From: Eledone cirrhosa
Lineage: Eukaryota
Reading direction: 5' to 3'
NCBI GenBank assembly: GCA_964016885.1
Contig: OZ024759.1
Span: forward strand, 34,534,001 to 34,598,000
DNA: 64,000 bases
This document shows, piece by piece, positions 1 to 13,186 of this stretch. Below the pieces are notes generated by a model. It made no database searches and was not told where the DNA came from. It saw nothing but the letters and a program-made list of their open reading frames with translations. The stretch's first letter is position 1. Each line of letters starts with the position of its first letter. The position numbers were made by a program, and so were the translations under genes.

Positions 1-174
1 AGCAATCTGACACCAGGTAACGGAACAAAACCGAATAGAACGGAATAGAACGGAACAGAATGGAACAGAATGGAAGCTAAGGTAGGCCGTTAAGACTGAT
101 GTATTGGACTTTAAGGCTGAACATTTTGTAGATGATCTCGTTAGGTATTCTTGACAGCTACCTAACCACAGTTA

Positions 175-327
175 GGTGGGTGGACTGACGTAAGGTAGAA
201 GGTGGGTGGACTGACGTAAGGTAGAAGGTGGGTGGACTGACGTAAGGTAGAAGGTGGGTGGACTGACGTAAGGTAGAAGGTGGGTGGACTGACGTAAGGT
301 AGAAGGTGGGTGGACTGACGTAAGGTA
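175..327. repeat. 26-bp minisatellite, ~5.9 identical copies
   Basis: Unit ggtgggtggactgacgtaaggtagaa starts at 175, 201, 227, 253, 279 and 305. Confidence 0.95.
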
Positions 328-569
328 TATATTGTCTCCAGAAATACAAATGCCAAGGAATTTCACGACCATGATCTATGTTCCACTTGTACAATAGCAA
401 ATCAAAGAGGTCACGTTTGCAGGGTGTTTTTTCAAAGAACGCATGTTTGCAGGGGGGGGGGGTTCACTTTCTCTTTCACTCCCCCTTCGTCTCTGTGTCT
501 CCCCCCATATCAATCTATCTCTGTCTTTCTCGCTGTCAGTCTATCGTCCTCTCACCCTCTGCCTGTCCC

Positions 570-990
570 TCTCTCTCTCTTTCTCTCTCAGAGTCTCTCT
601 CTCGCTCTCTCAGTCTCTCTCTCTCTCTCGCTCTCTCAGTCTCTATCTCTCTCTCAGTCTCTCTCTCAGTCTCTATCTCTCTCTCAGTCTCTCTCTCTCT
701 CTCTCTCTCGTTCTCTCTCTCTCTCTCAGTTTCTCTCGCTCTCTCTGTCTCTCTCGCTCTCTATCTCTCGCTCTCAGTCTCTGTTTCTCTCGCTCTCGCT
801 CAGTCTCTCTTGCTCTCTCTCTCTCTCTCTCTTTCTCTCTCATTCTCTCTCTCAGCCTCTCAGTCTTTCTCTCTCTCTCTCTCTCTCGTTCTCTCTCTCT
901 CTCTCAGTTTCTCTCGCTCTCTCTGTCTCTCTCGCTCTCTATCTCTCGCTCTCAGTCTCTGTTTCTCTCGCTCTCGCTCAGTCTCTCTTG

Positions 991-1025
<35 letters not shown>

Positions 1026-1072
1026 ATTCTCTCTCTCAGTCTCTCTCTCTCTCTCTCTCCATATCTCTCTCT
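570..1072. repeat. Interrupted (CT)n microsatellite
   Basis: CT runs with cg/cag interruptions; explains the SLSL ORFs. Confidence 0.95.
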
Positions 1073-1242
1073 CGCTAATATTGCTACACAGTTTTGTATT
1101 TTTACTACTGCTTCGGCAGTTGCTATATTATACCATTGCTATTACCACTTCTACTACTGCTGCTGCAACTACTACTACTACTACTACTACTGCTGCTGAT
1201 GCTACTACCACTACCACTGCTGCTATCACTACTACTACTACT

Positions 1243-1400
1243 GATAATGGTTTCAAATTTAGGCACAAATCCAGTAATTTCGGGGTCAGGGCAAAGTCGA
1301 TTAAATCGACTCCAGTACATTACTGGTACTTTTAGTGTCACCCAAATGGATGAAAGGCAAAATTAACCTCGATAGGATTTGAAATCTGAAAGTGGACTAT
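1243..1400 (-). mobile_element. tRNA-derived SINE family 1, degenerate copy
   Basis: ggcacaa..ccag, tactggtact and gatgaaaggcaaa match the reverse complement of the copy at 18832-19016. Confidence 0.75.
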
Positions 1401-1690
1401 CTTTATCAAAAACTGCAAATATTTTATCCAAAGTTCTAACGAGTCTGTCAATTCACAATTAATGATAAATAATAATTAATAAATAATAATTATAAAAACT
1501 AATTATTATATCAATTAATATTTATGCGTGTAATGCATGTGTAAATGCTATAAGAATCTAGGCGACATTTCCATCTCGATATAATAATTCCTCTTTTATT
1601 TGTTTGTTTCGTGGTTTTTTTGTTGTGTGCTTTTCACCCTTTATCCATTCTATCATCTTATTTAAACGGACGTCCATATATCTCAGTCGA

Positions 1691-1710
1691 CTGCCGCCAG
1701 GTGGAGCTAG
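1691..1710 (+). promoter_or_regulatory. Candidate CTCF-type motif
   Basis: ctgccgccaggtggagctag versus the consensus CCRSYAGRKGGCRS, with one core mismatch. Motif match only. Confidence 0.35.
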
Positions 1711-2029
1711 CGCCGTATTGACGAAGACATGTTGAACTTTCAGTTCATCTCAAAGTTCACAACATCGAAAGCAGTGTGTAGCACAACATACATTTAGAGA
1801 AAGGTCTAGAAAATGGTGAAGGAAGAGGAGGGAGAAAAATCGATAGAGCTCAGAGCAGCAGCTTGATGATTCTGAACGAATGTTTGATATTTTCTACTTG
1901 TTTATCGTATACAAATACTATCAGACTAGAAAGAAGAACCTATAAAAAGATATATGTATCTATAGTTTTCTGTTTGTTTGTTTTTGTAGTTGTTCTTGCT
2001 GTATTTCATGAAATATCATCATCATCTTT

Positions 2030-2440
2030 ATCATCATTTAACGTCTGTTTTTCTCCGTTAGCGAGGGATGTAATCCAGCCTGGTCGAATCCAATCCAATC
2101 CCTTCTCGTTCCTGTTGGAGAAGGGACCCCTCCCTGGTTCACCTCCAAAACTTTATGTTTGTTTTTTTTTCCGTTAGCGAGAACTTAATCCAACCTGTTC
2201 GAATCCAATCCAATCCAGGTCTTCGTTCCTGTTGGAGAAGGAACCCTTCCCTGGTTGACCTTCACTGCTTCCTGTTGGTTTCCGTCGTGTCTTCAGGCGT
2301 GTAGCTATCTGTCCTCGCTAAGCTTGGCCACTTGCGGGTTGGTGAGGCAGTCAAACCATAGTTGGGATCGATTTCCCTTGACGGTGAGGAGTTCAACTGC
2401 CCTTTCAACACCTCCCGTTGTTATGCTGCTCGCCAAACCA
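2030..2440 (-). mobile_element. Possible degraded RTE-like LINE 3' remnant with a ~95-bp direct duplication
   Basis: 2049-2145 resembles 2168-2260. The minus strand ends in gacgttaaatgatgat and gives scraps such as WFG..VERAVELLTVKGNR. Weak. Confidence 0.3.
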
Positions 2441-2556
2441 CTCTATCTATCTACCTACCTAACTATCTATCTATCTATATATCTATCTATTTATCCATCT
2501 AGCTATCTATCATCCTATCTGTCGGTCTAACTACCTATCCATCTGTCTAACTACCT

Positions 2557-2596
<40 letters not shown>

Positions 2597-2599
<3 letters not shown>

Positions 2600-2735
2600 G
2601 GAACCAGTAAGACCCCGACGGCTGAGCTCAAGCCGTCGGGGTCTTACTGGTTCCTATTACCCACTCTACTACCCCAAGTATTGAGTACTTTGGTGCGTTA
2701 TGGTCCACCTGGTTCCTTACCACATTTCCTCCGTT
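2597..2735 (+). mobile_element. Family A short element in (TA)n (Penelope-like terminal repeat candidate)
   Basis: Perfect 27-bp inverted arms at 2597-2623 and 2631-2657; bulged hairpin at 2663-2686; homologous copies at 37.3, 41.4, 41.6, 51.6 and 62.5 kb. Confidence 0.7.
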
Positions 2736-3024
2736 ATATATATATATATATATAGTTATGTACCTATCTCACTAACTATCTATCTACCTATCTATCTAAC
2801 CATCTATCTACCTGCCTATCTACCTATCTATCTCTTCCGATTGCTACTATTGATCTAGTGTCGCTCATAAGTAAGCTTTGAACTCGACTAATTGTTCAAT
2901 TGCTTTCGTTGCTTTCTACATTTCGATTTGATAGTTTCATTGCAGAGAATCAGTTCTGTGTCAGCAACAGATTCACAGCTAGATTTGAGCCGGCTCATAA
3001 TATATCTTTTTTCCTTTGATATAA

Positions 3025-3056
<32 letters not shown>

Positions 3057-3199
3057 ATGTGTGTGTGAATATATATATATAGGGGAGGGGGTATAGATAT
3101 ACTATATCGAGAACACACATTCTTTCAAATGAAATTGAGTCTTCCTCTATTTATGTATGTATGTGCGTATAAATTATTACACATACACACACACACATA

Positions 3200-3203
3200 T
3201 TTA

Positions 3204-3280
<77 letters not shown>

Positions 3281-3311
3281 ATGTATATATATATATATAT
3301 ATACATACATG

Positions 3312-3356
<45 letters not shown>

Positions 3357-3418
3357 ATGTATATATATATATATATATACATACATGTATGTATATATAT
3401 ATACATACATATATATAT

Positions 3419-3460
<42 letters not shown>

Positions 3461-3561
3461 ATATATATATATACATACATGTATGTATATATATATACAT
3501 ACATGTATGTATATATATATATATATACATACATGTATGTATATATATATATATATACATG

Positions 3562-3655
<94 letters not shown>

Positions 3656-3757
3656 CATAAATGTATATATATATATATATATATATACATAAATGTATAT
3701 ATATATATATATATACATAAATGTATATATATATATATATATATACATAAATGTATG

Positions 3758-3788
<31 letters not shown>

Positions 3789-3800
3789 ATATATATACAT
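3200..3800. repeat. (TA)n microsatellite with catg/tgta interruptions
   Basis: Direct reading. Confidence 0.95.
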
Positions 3801-4309
3801 GCACACATAGGCAGCTAGATATTGGTGGGGAGTGCAGCATAGGTGACGGTGGTGGTGGTGGCAGGCAATGTTAAAATATTGACTAAAAACTAAAAACACT
3901 TCTCAATACAGGCGAACCATGGCTTCCCAATTACGGTATTTTTGGAATCTGTTCAACTCTTCTGATTATGATTCCAAACTTGAAACATTCTTTACCCTCT
4001 TATTCCTTGCTTTCTCATGTGAAAATCACATTTACTGCAAACTCTTTGCTGGGAAATATATTTTTCTCACCACCATCTTCACCATTTCGGCTAAAATCAC
4101 TATTATCATCATCACCGTTATCATAATCCCCCATCATTGCAATCATTCTCATAACCATCACCATCATCATCACTATCATTACCACCATCATCACCTACAT
4201 CACCGCCTACATCGCCACCACCATCATCACTAACATCATCATCATCGCCACCACTGCCATCATCATCACCACCATAACCATCACCACCAGCATTAGCATC
4301 ATCGCCACC

Positions 4310-5217
4310 ACTTGCGTTAAAAGACGCGTTAAAATCACGTGCGTGAAAAGTCACTTGCATTAAAACACTACAATTAAAAATCATTACTATTAAAATACGC
4401 TTACTTTAAAAGAGGCTTACGTTAGAAGACCTTTACGTTATAAAGACACTTGCGTTGATAGACACTTGCGTCAAATTACACTTGCGTTAGAAAACAATTA
4501 CGTTAAAATACACTTACGTTAGAATACATTTAGGTTAGAAGACACTTAGGTTAGAAGACACTTAGGTTTTGAAGACACTTAGGTTTTGAAGACATTTACG
4601 TTTGAAGAGACTTAGGTTAAAAGACACTTAGGTTTGAAGACACTTAGCTTTGAAGACACTTAGGTTTGAAGACACTTAGGTTAGAAGACACTTAGGTTAG
4701 AAGACACTTACGTTAGAAGACACTTAGGTTTGAAGACACTTAGGTTTTGAAGACACTTAGGTTTTGAAGACACTTACGTTTGAAGACACTTGAAGACACT
4801 TACGTTAAAAGACACTTAGGTTAAAGGAAACACTTAGGTTTGAAGGCACTTAGGTTTGAAGACACTTACTTTAGAAGACACTTAGGTTTGAAGACACTTA
4901 CGTTAGAAGACACTTACGTTAGAAGACACTTACGTTAGAAGACACTTAGGTATGAAGACACTTAGGTTTGAAGACACTTAGGTTTGAAGACACTTAGGTT
5001 AGAAGACACTTAGGTTAGAAGACACTTACGTTAGAAGACACTTAGGTTTGAAGACACTTACGTTAGAAGACACTTAGGTTTGAAGACACTTACGTTAGAA
5101 GACACTTAGGTTTGAAGACACTTACGTTAGAAGACACTTAGGTATGAAGACACTTAGGTTTGAAGACACTTAGGTTAGAAGACACTTAGGTTAGAAGACA
5201 CTTAGGTTTGAAGACAC
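4310..5217. repeat. 16-bp minisatellite ttaggttagaagacac
   Basis: Degenerate at the left edge, homogeneous from about 4530. It recurs at 5739-5770, 5997-6140 and 9060-9127. Confidence 0.95.
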
Positions 5218-7293
5218 GACAAAAGTTCGTTGCAATGAGTTGTGAAACACTTGGACCTGAATGAAACCTGGATGTTGAGCATGTCCACCCAGCTTTATTA
5301 ATGGTTTCTAATTTAAATACAAGGCCAGAAATTTGGGAGAAAAGACAAGTTGATTTTCTCGAAAAACGACGGAAAATCGACGAAAAATAGACAGGAAATC
5401 GACGGGAACTAAACGGAACTAGACGCAAAATCGACGGAAACCCGACGGAAAATCGACGGAAAATCGAAGGAAAATAAAGGGAAAATAGACAGGAAATCGA
5501 CGTGAAATCGACGGTAAATAGACGCAACTAGTCGGAAATAGCTAGAAATAGCCGAAGATAGCCGGAGATAGCCGGAAATACCCGGTAATAACCGGAAATA
5601 GTCGGAAATAACCGGAAATAGTCGGAAATACCCGGGAATAACTAGAAATACCCGGGAATAGCCGGAAATAGCCGAAAATACCCGGAGATAGCCGTAAATA
5701 ACCGGAAATGACCGGAAATAGCCGAAAATAGCCGGTTAACACTTAGGTTAGAAGACACTTACGTTAGAAGGGGAAATCGACGGAAAATAGACGCAACTAG
5801 TCGGAAATAGCTGGAAATAGCCGGAGATAGCCGGACATAACCGGAAATACCCCGTAATAACCTAAAATAGTCGGAAATACCCGGGAATATCCGGAAATAG
5901 CCGGAAATACCCGGAGATAGCGGAAATAACCGAAATACACCGGAAATACCCGGAAATAGCCGTGAATAGCCGCAAATACTGGGAAATACCCGGAAAACAC
6001 TTAGGTTAGAAGACGCGTTAGAAGACACTTAGGTTAGAAGACACGTAGGTTAGAAGTCACTTAGGTTAGAAGACACTTAGGTTAGAAGAGACTTAGGTTA
6101 GAAGACACTTACGTTCGAAGACACTTAGGTTTGAAGACACGACAAAAGTTCGTTGCAATGAATTGTGAAACTAAATGGAACTAGCCGGAAGATAGACGGA
6201 TATTCGACGGAAAACCGACGGAAAATAGACTGAAAATCAACAGAAAATCGAAGTGAACTAAACGGAACTAGACGCAAAATCGACGGAAACCCGACGGAAA
6301 ATAGTCGGAAAATCGAAGGAAAATAGACGGAAAATAGACGGAAAATAGAGAGGAAATCGACGTGAAATCGACGGAAAACAGTCGTAAATAGCTGGAAATA
6401 GCCGAAGATAGCCGGAGATAACCGGAAATACCCGATAATGACGGGAAATACCCGGAAATGACCGGAAATACCCGGAAATACCCGAAAATTACCGGAAATA
6501 GCCGGAAATGACCGGAAACACCCGGAAATACCCGAAAATTACCGGAAATAGCCGGAAATGACCGGAAACACCCGGAAATGGCCGGAAATACCCGAAAATT
6601 ACCGGAAATACCCGGAAATTACCGGAAATTACCGGAAATACCCGGAAATAGCCGAAAATTACCGGAAATAGCCGGAACTGACCGGAAATGACCGGAAATA
6701 CCCGAAAATTACCGGAAATAGCCGGAAATGACCGGAAACACCCGGAAATAGCCGGAAATACCCGAAAACTACCGGAAATACCCGGAAATACCCGGAAATT
6801 ACCGGGAATACCCGGAAACACCCGGAAATATCCGGAAATACCCGGAAATAGCCGAAAATACTGGAAATGACCGGAAATAGCAGGAAATACCCGGAAATAG
6901 CTGGGAATGGCGGAAAATACCCGTAAATAGCCGGAAATACCCGGAAACAACCGGATATACCCGAAAATTACCGGAAATAACCGGAAATGACCGGAAATAC
7001 ACGGAAATGACTGGAAACACCCGGAAATGAACGGAAACACCCGGAAATACCCAGAAACAACCGGAAATACCCGAAAATTACCGGAAATAACCTAAATTAA
7101 CCGGAAATACCCGGAAATGACCGGAAATACCCGGAAATAGCCGGAAATAATCGGGAATAGCTGGGAATACCCGGAAATAACCGGAAATACCCGGGAATAA
7201 CTGAAAATACCCGGAAATAGCCGGAAATGATCCGAAATAGCCGGAAATAACCGGAAATACCCGGCAATAGCCGAAAATAACCGGAAATACTCT

Positions 7294-7717
7294 ACTGCGC
7301 ATGCGCTAAGGTAGGATCCCTCTGCGCATGCGTGAAGGTTGCGCCGCACTGCGCATGCGCCAAGGTTGGACCGTAGTGCGCATGCGCGAATGTTGGATCC
7401 CACTGCGTATGCGTGAAGGTTTGACAGCACTGCGCATGAGCTAAGCACGGCCCGTTCTGAGCATGCGCGAAGGTTGGACCGTACTGCTCATGCGCGAATG
7501 TTGAATCCTACTGCGCATGCGCTAAGGTTGGACAGCGCTGCGCATGCGCGAAGGTTGGACCATAGTGCACATGCGCGAAGGTTGGTCCGGAGTGCGCATG
7601 CGCGACAATTCGATCCATCTGCGCATGCGTGAAGGCTGGGCCGCACTGCGCATGCGCCAAGTTTGGACCTTAGTGCACATGCGCGAATGTTGGATCCCAC
7701 TGTGCATCCGTGAAGGC
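7294..7717. repeat. 27-bp array with TGCGCATGCG core, 15 full units plus one partial
   Basis: Units start at 7294, 7321, 7348 ... 7699 with no indels. Confidence 0.95.
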
Positions 7718-8159
7718 ATTAACCAAAATAGGAAATAGCCGGAAATGATCGGAAATATCCGGAAATAGTCGGAAATAACCGGAAGTACCCGGCAATAGCC
7801 GAAAATACCCGGAAATAGGCGGAAATATCCGTAAATCGTCGGAAATACCCGGAATTAAGCGGGAATATTAGAAATACCCGTAAAACACCTGAAATAGCCG
7901 GAAATACCCGGAAGTAGGCGGAAATACCCGGAAAACACCGGATATAGTCTGAAATACCCGGAAATGGTCGAAAATATCCGGAAATGGCGGAAATACCTGC
8001 AAAACCCTGGAACTGGCCGGATATAACGGGTAATACCCTGGAATGGTCGAAAATAGCCGAAAATATCTGGAAATTGCCGGAAATTGCCGGCAAACACCGG
8101 AGATAGCCGGAAATAACCGGAAATACCCGGCAATAGCCGAAAATAACCGGAAATACTCT

Positions 8160-8583
8160 ACTGCGCATGCGCTAAGGTAGGATCCCTCTGCGCATGCGTG
8201 AAGGTTGCGCCGCACTGCGCATGCGCCAAGGTTGGACCGTAGTGCGCATGCGCGAATGTTGGATCCCACTGCGTATGCGTGAAGGTTTGACAGCACTGCG
8301 CATGAGCTAAGCTCGGCCCGTTCTGAGCATGCGCGAAGGTTGGACCGTACTGCTCATGCGCGAATGTTGAATCCTACTGCGCATGCGCTAAGGTTGGACA
8401 GCGCTGCGCATGCGCGAAGGTTGGACCATAGTGCACATGCGCGAAGGTTGGTCCGGAGTGCGCATGCGCGACAATTCGATCCATCAGCGCATGCGTGAAG
8501 GCTGGGCCGCACTGCGCATGCGCCAAGTTTGGACCTTAGTGCACATGCGCGAATGTTGGATCCCACTGTGCATCCGTGAAGGC
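8160..8583. repeat. Second copy of the 27-bp array (866-bp tandem duplication)
   Basis: Near-identical to 7294-7717 at offset 866; flanking 10-mer variants are also duplicated. Confidence 0.95.
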
Positions 8584-9297
8584 ATTAACCAAAATAGGAA
8601 ATAGCCGGAAATGATCGGAAATATCCGGAAATAGTCGGAAATAACCGGAAGTACCCGGCAATAGCCGAAAATACCCGGAAATAGGCGGAAATATCCGTAA
8701 ATCGTCGGAAATACCCGGAATTAAGCGGGAATATTAGAAATACCCGTAAAACACCTGAAATAGCCGGAAATACCCGGAAGTAGGCGGAAATACCCGGAAA
8801 ACACCGGATATAGTCTGAAATACCCGGAAATGGTCGAAAATATCCGGAAATGGCGGAAATACCTGCAAAACCCTGGAACTGGCCGGATATAACGGGTAAT
8901 ACCTTGGAATGGTCGAAAATAGCCGAAAATATCTGGAAATTGCCGGAAATTGCCGGCAAACACCGGAGATAGCCGGAAATAACCGGAAATAACCGGAAAT
9001 ACCCGGTAAACCCCGAAAATAATTGGAAATACCCGTGAATACCCGGAAATACCCGGAAAACACTTACGTTAGAAGACACTTAGGTTTGAAGACACTTACG
9101 TTAGAAGACACTTAGGTTTGAAGACACGAAACGTTCGTTGCAATGAATTGTGAGACACTTGGACCTGAATGAAACCTAGATGTTGAGCATGTCCACCCAG
9201 CTTTTAATTAAAGGTTGGATTCCAATAATTTCTTACTTTCAATAATTCTTTCTTTTAACTTTTATTGGAAACACATAATTTATTTCAAATTTTTCGT

Positions 9298-9342
<45 letters not shown>

Positions 9343-9351
<9 letters not shown>

Positions 9352-9440
9352 CAGTCATTTTATGGGTTCAATTTAATCGATCAGCTTCCGGGGAGAAGCT
9401 GATCGATTAAATTGAACCCATAAAATGACTGGTACTATAT
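9343..9440. repeat. Perfect 46-bp inverted repeat with 6-nt loop, abutting (TA)n
   Basis: 9343-9388 is the reverse complement of 9395-9440. Confidence 0.92.
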
Positions 9441-9559
9441 TTTGCTGCTCTAAAATTATAAAATTGTAAATTAATCTCGACAGGATTTACACCGAGAACA
9501 CAAAGGTGGTGTAATATTTAAAAATTAGAAATTGAGTTATAAATATAACATTCTATTTA

Positions 9560-9616
<57 letters not shown>

Positions 9617-9856
9617 TTATAATATATATATATATATATAAATACCTAGCCGTAAATATTTATAATATATATATATATATTTCCGGGTAATTCCGGGTAT
9701 TTCCGACTATTTCCGGTTATTTCCGACTATTTCCGGTTATTTCCCGGTATTTCAGGCTATCTCCGGATATTTTCAGCTATTTCCGGCTATTTCCGTCTAT
9801 TTTCCTTCGATTTCCTGTCTATTTTTCACGTTCAAAAAATTGTGTTTATTAATTTA

Positions 9857-10045
9857 TTGTTTCTACTTTTGGCACAAGGCCAGCAATTATCCCAGTGTAT
9901 TACTGGTACTTTATTTTATCGACCCCGTAAGGATGAAAAGCAAAGTTGACCTCGGCGGGATTTGAACTCAGACCATAAAGGGCCGTAACTCTTTGTTGAA
10001 AATCATGGCGTCAGACACTCTACCGATACTGCCAATCCTTAAATA
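9857..10045 (-). mobile_element. SINE family 1
   Basis: Minus strand has A-box-like tggcagtatcgg, B-box gagttcaaatcc, ggggtcgataaaataaagtaccag and tail ggccttgtgccaaaagtagaaac. Confidence 0.85.
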
Positions 10046-10368
10046 ATAACATATATAAACAGCAGTAATACCCGGAATTGCCCGGAAATAACCGGAAATA
10101 GCCGGAAATAGACGGAAAATTGACAAAAAATCGACGGAAGATCGACGGAATATCGACGGAAAATAGACGGAAGTAACCGGAACTAGCTGGAAAATCGACG
10201 GAAAACCGATGGAAAATAGACGGAAAATCGACGGAAAAATCGATGGAAAATCGACGGAAAATATACATATATACATATATATATATATATACATTGTGCG
10301 TATATATGTATATGTGAACCCCTCTCTCTCTCTCTCTCTCCATCTCTTTCTTTTCTCTCTCTCTCTCT

Positions 10369-10424
<56 letters not shown>

Positions 10425-10849
10425 TGTGCGTATAAATGTATGTGATCCTCTACATTTTCTGTAAACCGATTGCGAGCCTGTGTATGTCTGTGTCAGTGTG
10501 TGTGTATATCTGTGTGTGTGTATGTCAGTGTGTGTGTATATCTGTGTGTGTGTATGTCTGTGTCAGTGTGTGTGTGTATGTCTGTGTCAGGTTGTGTGTA
10601 TGTCTGTGTCAGTGTGTGGCAATGGATATGTGTCAGCATGTGTGTGTGTCAGTATATATATGTGTGTGTGTCAGTATATATATGTGTGTGTCAGTGTGCC
10701 AGTAAAACATGCTTCAAACCCTGATAACTAATCGATAGTTTCGATCTGATTTCAATAATTCCAACAGAAAATAAATAAATATTAAAACAGGAGGGAAAAT
10801 TGAAATATTTTCTAGTTTAAAAAATAACTGTGATGGCGGCCATGTCTAC

Positions 10850-12246
10850 TGATGGTGGGGTAAGGTTGGTAAGGGTGGTAAGGATGGTGGTGATGGTAAG
10901 GGTGGTAAGGGTGGTGGTGGTGGTAAGGGTGGTAAGGGTGGTGGTGGTAAGGGTGGTGGTGATGGTGTCGAGGGTGGTAATGGTGGTGGTGTTGGTAGGG
11001 GTGGTAGTGATGTTTGTGGTGGTAGTGTTGATGGTATTTCTCGTGATTTTAATGTTGATAGTGGTGGTGGTGGTGATGGTGATGGTGGTGGTGGTGGTGA
11101 TGGTGATGGTGGTGGTGGTGATGGTGGTAGTGATGGTGAGGGTGGTGGTGGTGGTATTTGTAGTGATCATAAGATGGTAGTGGTGGTGAGGGTGGTGGTG
11201 GTGCTGGTGGTATTTGTAGTGATCATAAGATGGTAGTGGTGGTGAGGGTGGTGGTGGTGGTGGTGGTGGTGATGGTGGTAGTAGTGGTGGTGGTGATGGT
11301 GGTAGTAGTGGTGGTGGTGGTGGTGATGGTGGTAGTAGTGGTGGTGGTGATGGTGGTAGTAGTGGTGGTGGTGGTGGTGATGGTGGTAGTAGTGGTGGTG
11401 GTGGTGGTGATGGTGGTAGTAGTGGTGGTGGTGATGGTGGTAGTAGTGGTGGTGGTGATGGTGGTAGTAGTGGTGGTGGTGATGGTGGTAGTAGTGGTGG
11501 TGGTGGTAGTGGTGGTAGTAGTGGTGGTGGTGGTGGTGATGGTGGTAGTGGTGGTAGTAGTGGTGGTGGTGGTGGTGATGGTGGTAGTAGTGGTGGTGGT
11601 GGTGGTGATGGTGGTAGTGGTGGTGGTCATATTAATGATAAAAAGTACCTGTCAAAGATAATGATTTTTACGTTTGATATGAACAGTTTAAATTAGACTT
11701 TCTATAGGTGTAAAATGCCACTACCACTACCACTACCACCACCACCACTATTACTACTACCACTACTACCACTACTACTACCACTCTCACTACCACCACT
11801 ATTACTACCACTCCCACTATCACCACCACTACTACTACTACCACTACCACCACCACTACTACTATTACCACTACTACCGTTACTACCACTACTACTACCA
11901 CTCCCACTACCACCACTATTAGTACCACTCCCACTACTACCATTACTACTACCGCTACTACTACCACCACTACTACTACCACTACTACTACCACCACTAA
12001 TACTACCACCACCACCACTACCACCCCTACTACCACCACTACCACCACTACTACCACCACTACTACCACCACCACTACTACCACCACTACTACCACCACT
12101 ACTACCACTACTACCACCACTACTACCACCACTACTACCACTACCACTACTATCACCCCTACAACCACTGCCACCACCACTACTACCACTACTACTACCA
12201 CTACCACTACTATCACCCCTACAACCACTGCCACCACCACTACTAC
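10850..12246. repeat. (GGT/TAG)n tracts followed by an oppositely oriented (ACC/CTA)n tract
   Basis: GGT-rich at 10850-11628; ACC-rich at 11718-12246. Confidence 0.9.
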
Positions 12247-12429
12247 AAATGTAACTATTAGAGATGAGAAGACGATTGCTATGGAAATTCAATTAGTGTG
12301 AAAATTCAATTATCACAGTAAAAACTGTATTACGTCACACACACACACACACATACACACATGTACACACACACACGTACAAACACATACTCGTGCACAT
12401 ACGTACACACATGTTTATTATGTTGTATA

Positions 12430-12444
12430 CCTATATATATAAAT

Positions 12445-12503
<59 letters not shown>

Positions 12504-12776
12504 TGTGTGTATACATGCCTATATGTATATAGGTATGTATATATATATATGTGTGTGTGTGTTTGTGTATATGTCTGTATATATGTATATGTATATATAT
12601 ATATATGTATCTTTGTATGTATATGAATATATAAGTATATATATATGTATATATATATGTATGTATAAGTATATATATTTATATATATATGCATATATAT
12701 ATATGTATATATATATATGTATAAGTATATATATTTATAAATATGTATATATATATATATGTATGTATGTATATAT

Positions 12777-12810
<34 letters not shown>

Positions 12811-12811
12811 G

Positions 12812-12842
<31 letters not shown>

Positions 12843-12847
12843 GTATG

Positions 12848-12879
<32 letters not shown>

Positions 12880-12885
12880 TGTATG

Positions 12886-12917
<32 letters not shown>

Positions 12918-13147
12918 TATGTATGTATATATATATATGTATATGTATATATATATATTTATGTATGTATATGTATATATATATATGTATATATATTTAT
13001 GTATGTATATGTATATATTTATGTATGTATATATATATATTTATGTATGTATATATATATATTTATGTATATATATATATTTATGTATGTATGTATGTAT
13101 GTATATATATATATGTATGTATATATATATATACATGTATATATATG

Positions 13148-13186
<39 letters not shown>

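Larger units (their letters stand above)
5360..9060. repeat. CpG-rich composite satellite block: 11-mer aaatcgacgga, 10-mer ccggaaatan, 27-mer arrays
   Basis: 10-mer arrays at about 5525-5735, 5795-5995, 6380-7290, 7720-8155 and 8590-9060; 11-mers at about 5360-5525 and 6185-6380. Confidence 0.95.

Noticed and set aside
4490-5217. Telomeric array (TTAGG in the unit)
   Set aside because: TTAGG is embedded in a 16-mer that grades from non-telomeric ttgcgtta/ttacgtta variants; there are no pure tandem runs.
7294-8583. CRISPR-like look (constant core with variable spacer) and Cys/Ala-rich ORFs
   Set aside because: Spacers are homologous to each other, the context is eukaryotic and there are no cas genes; open frames follow from the 27-bp period.
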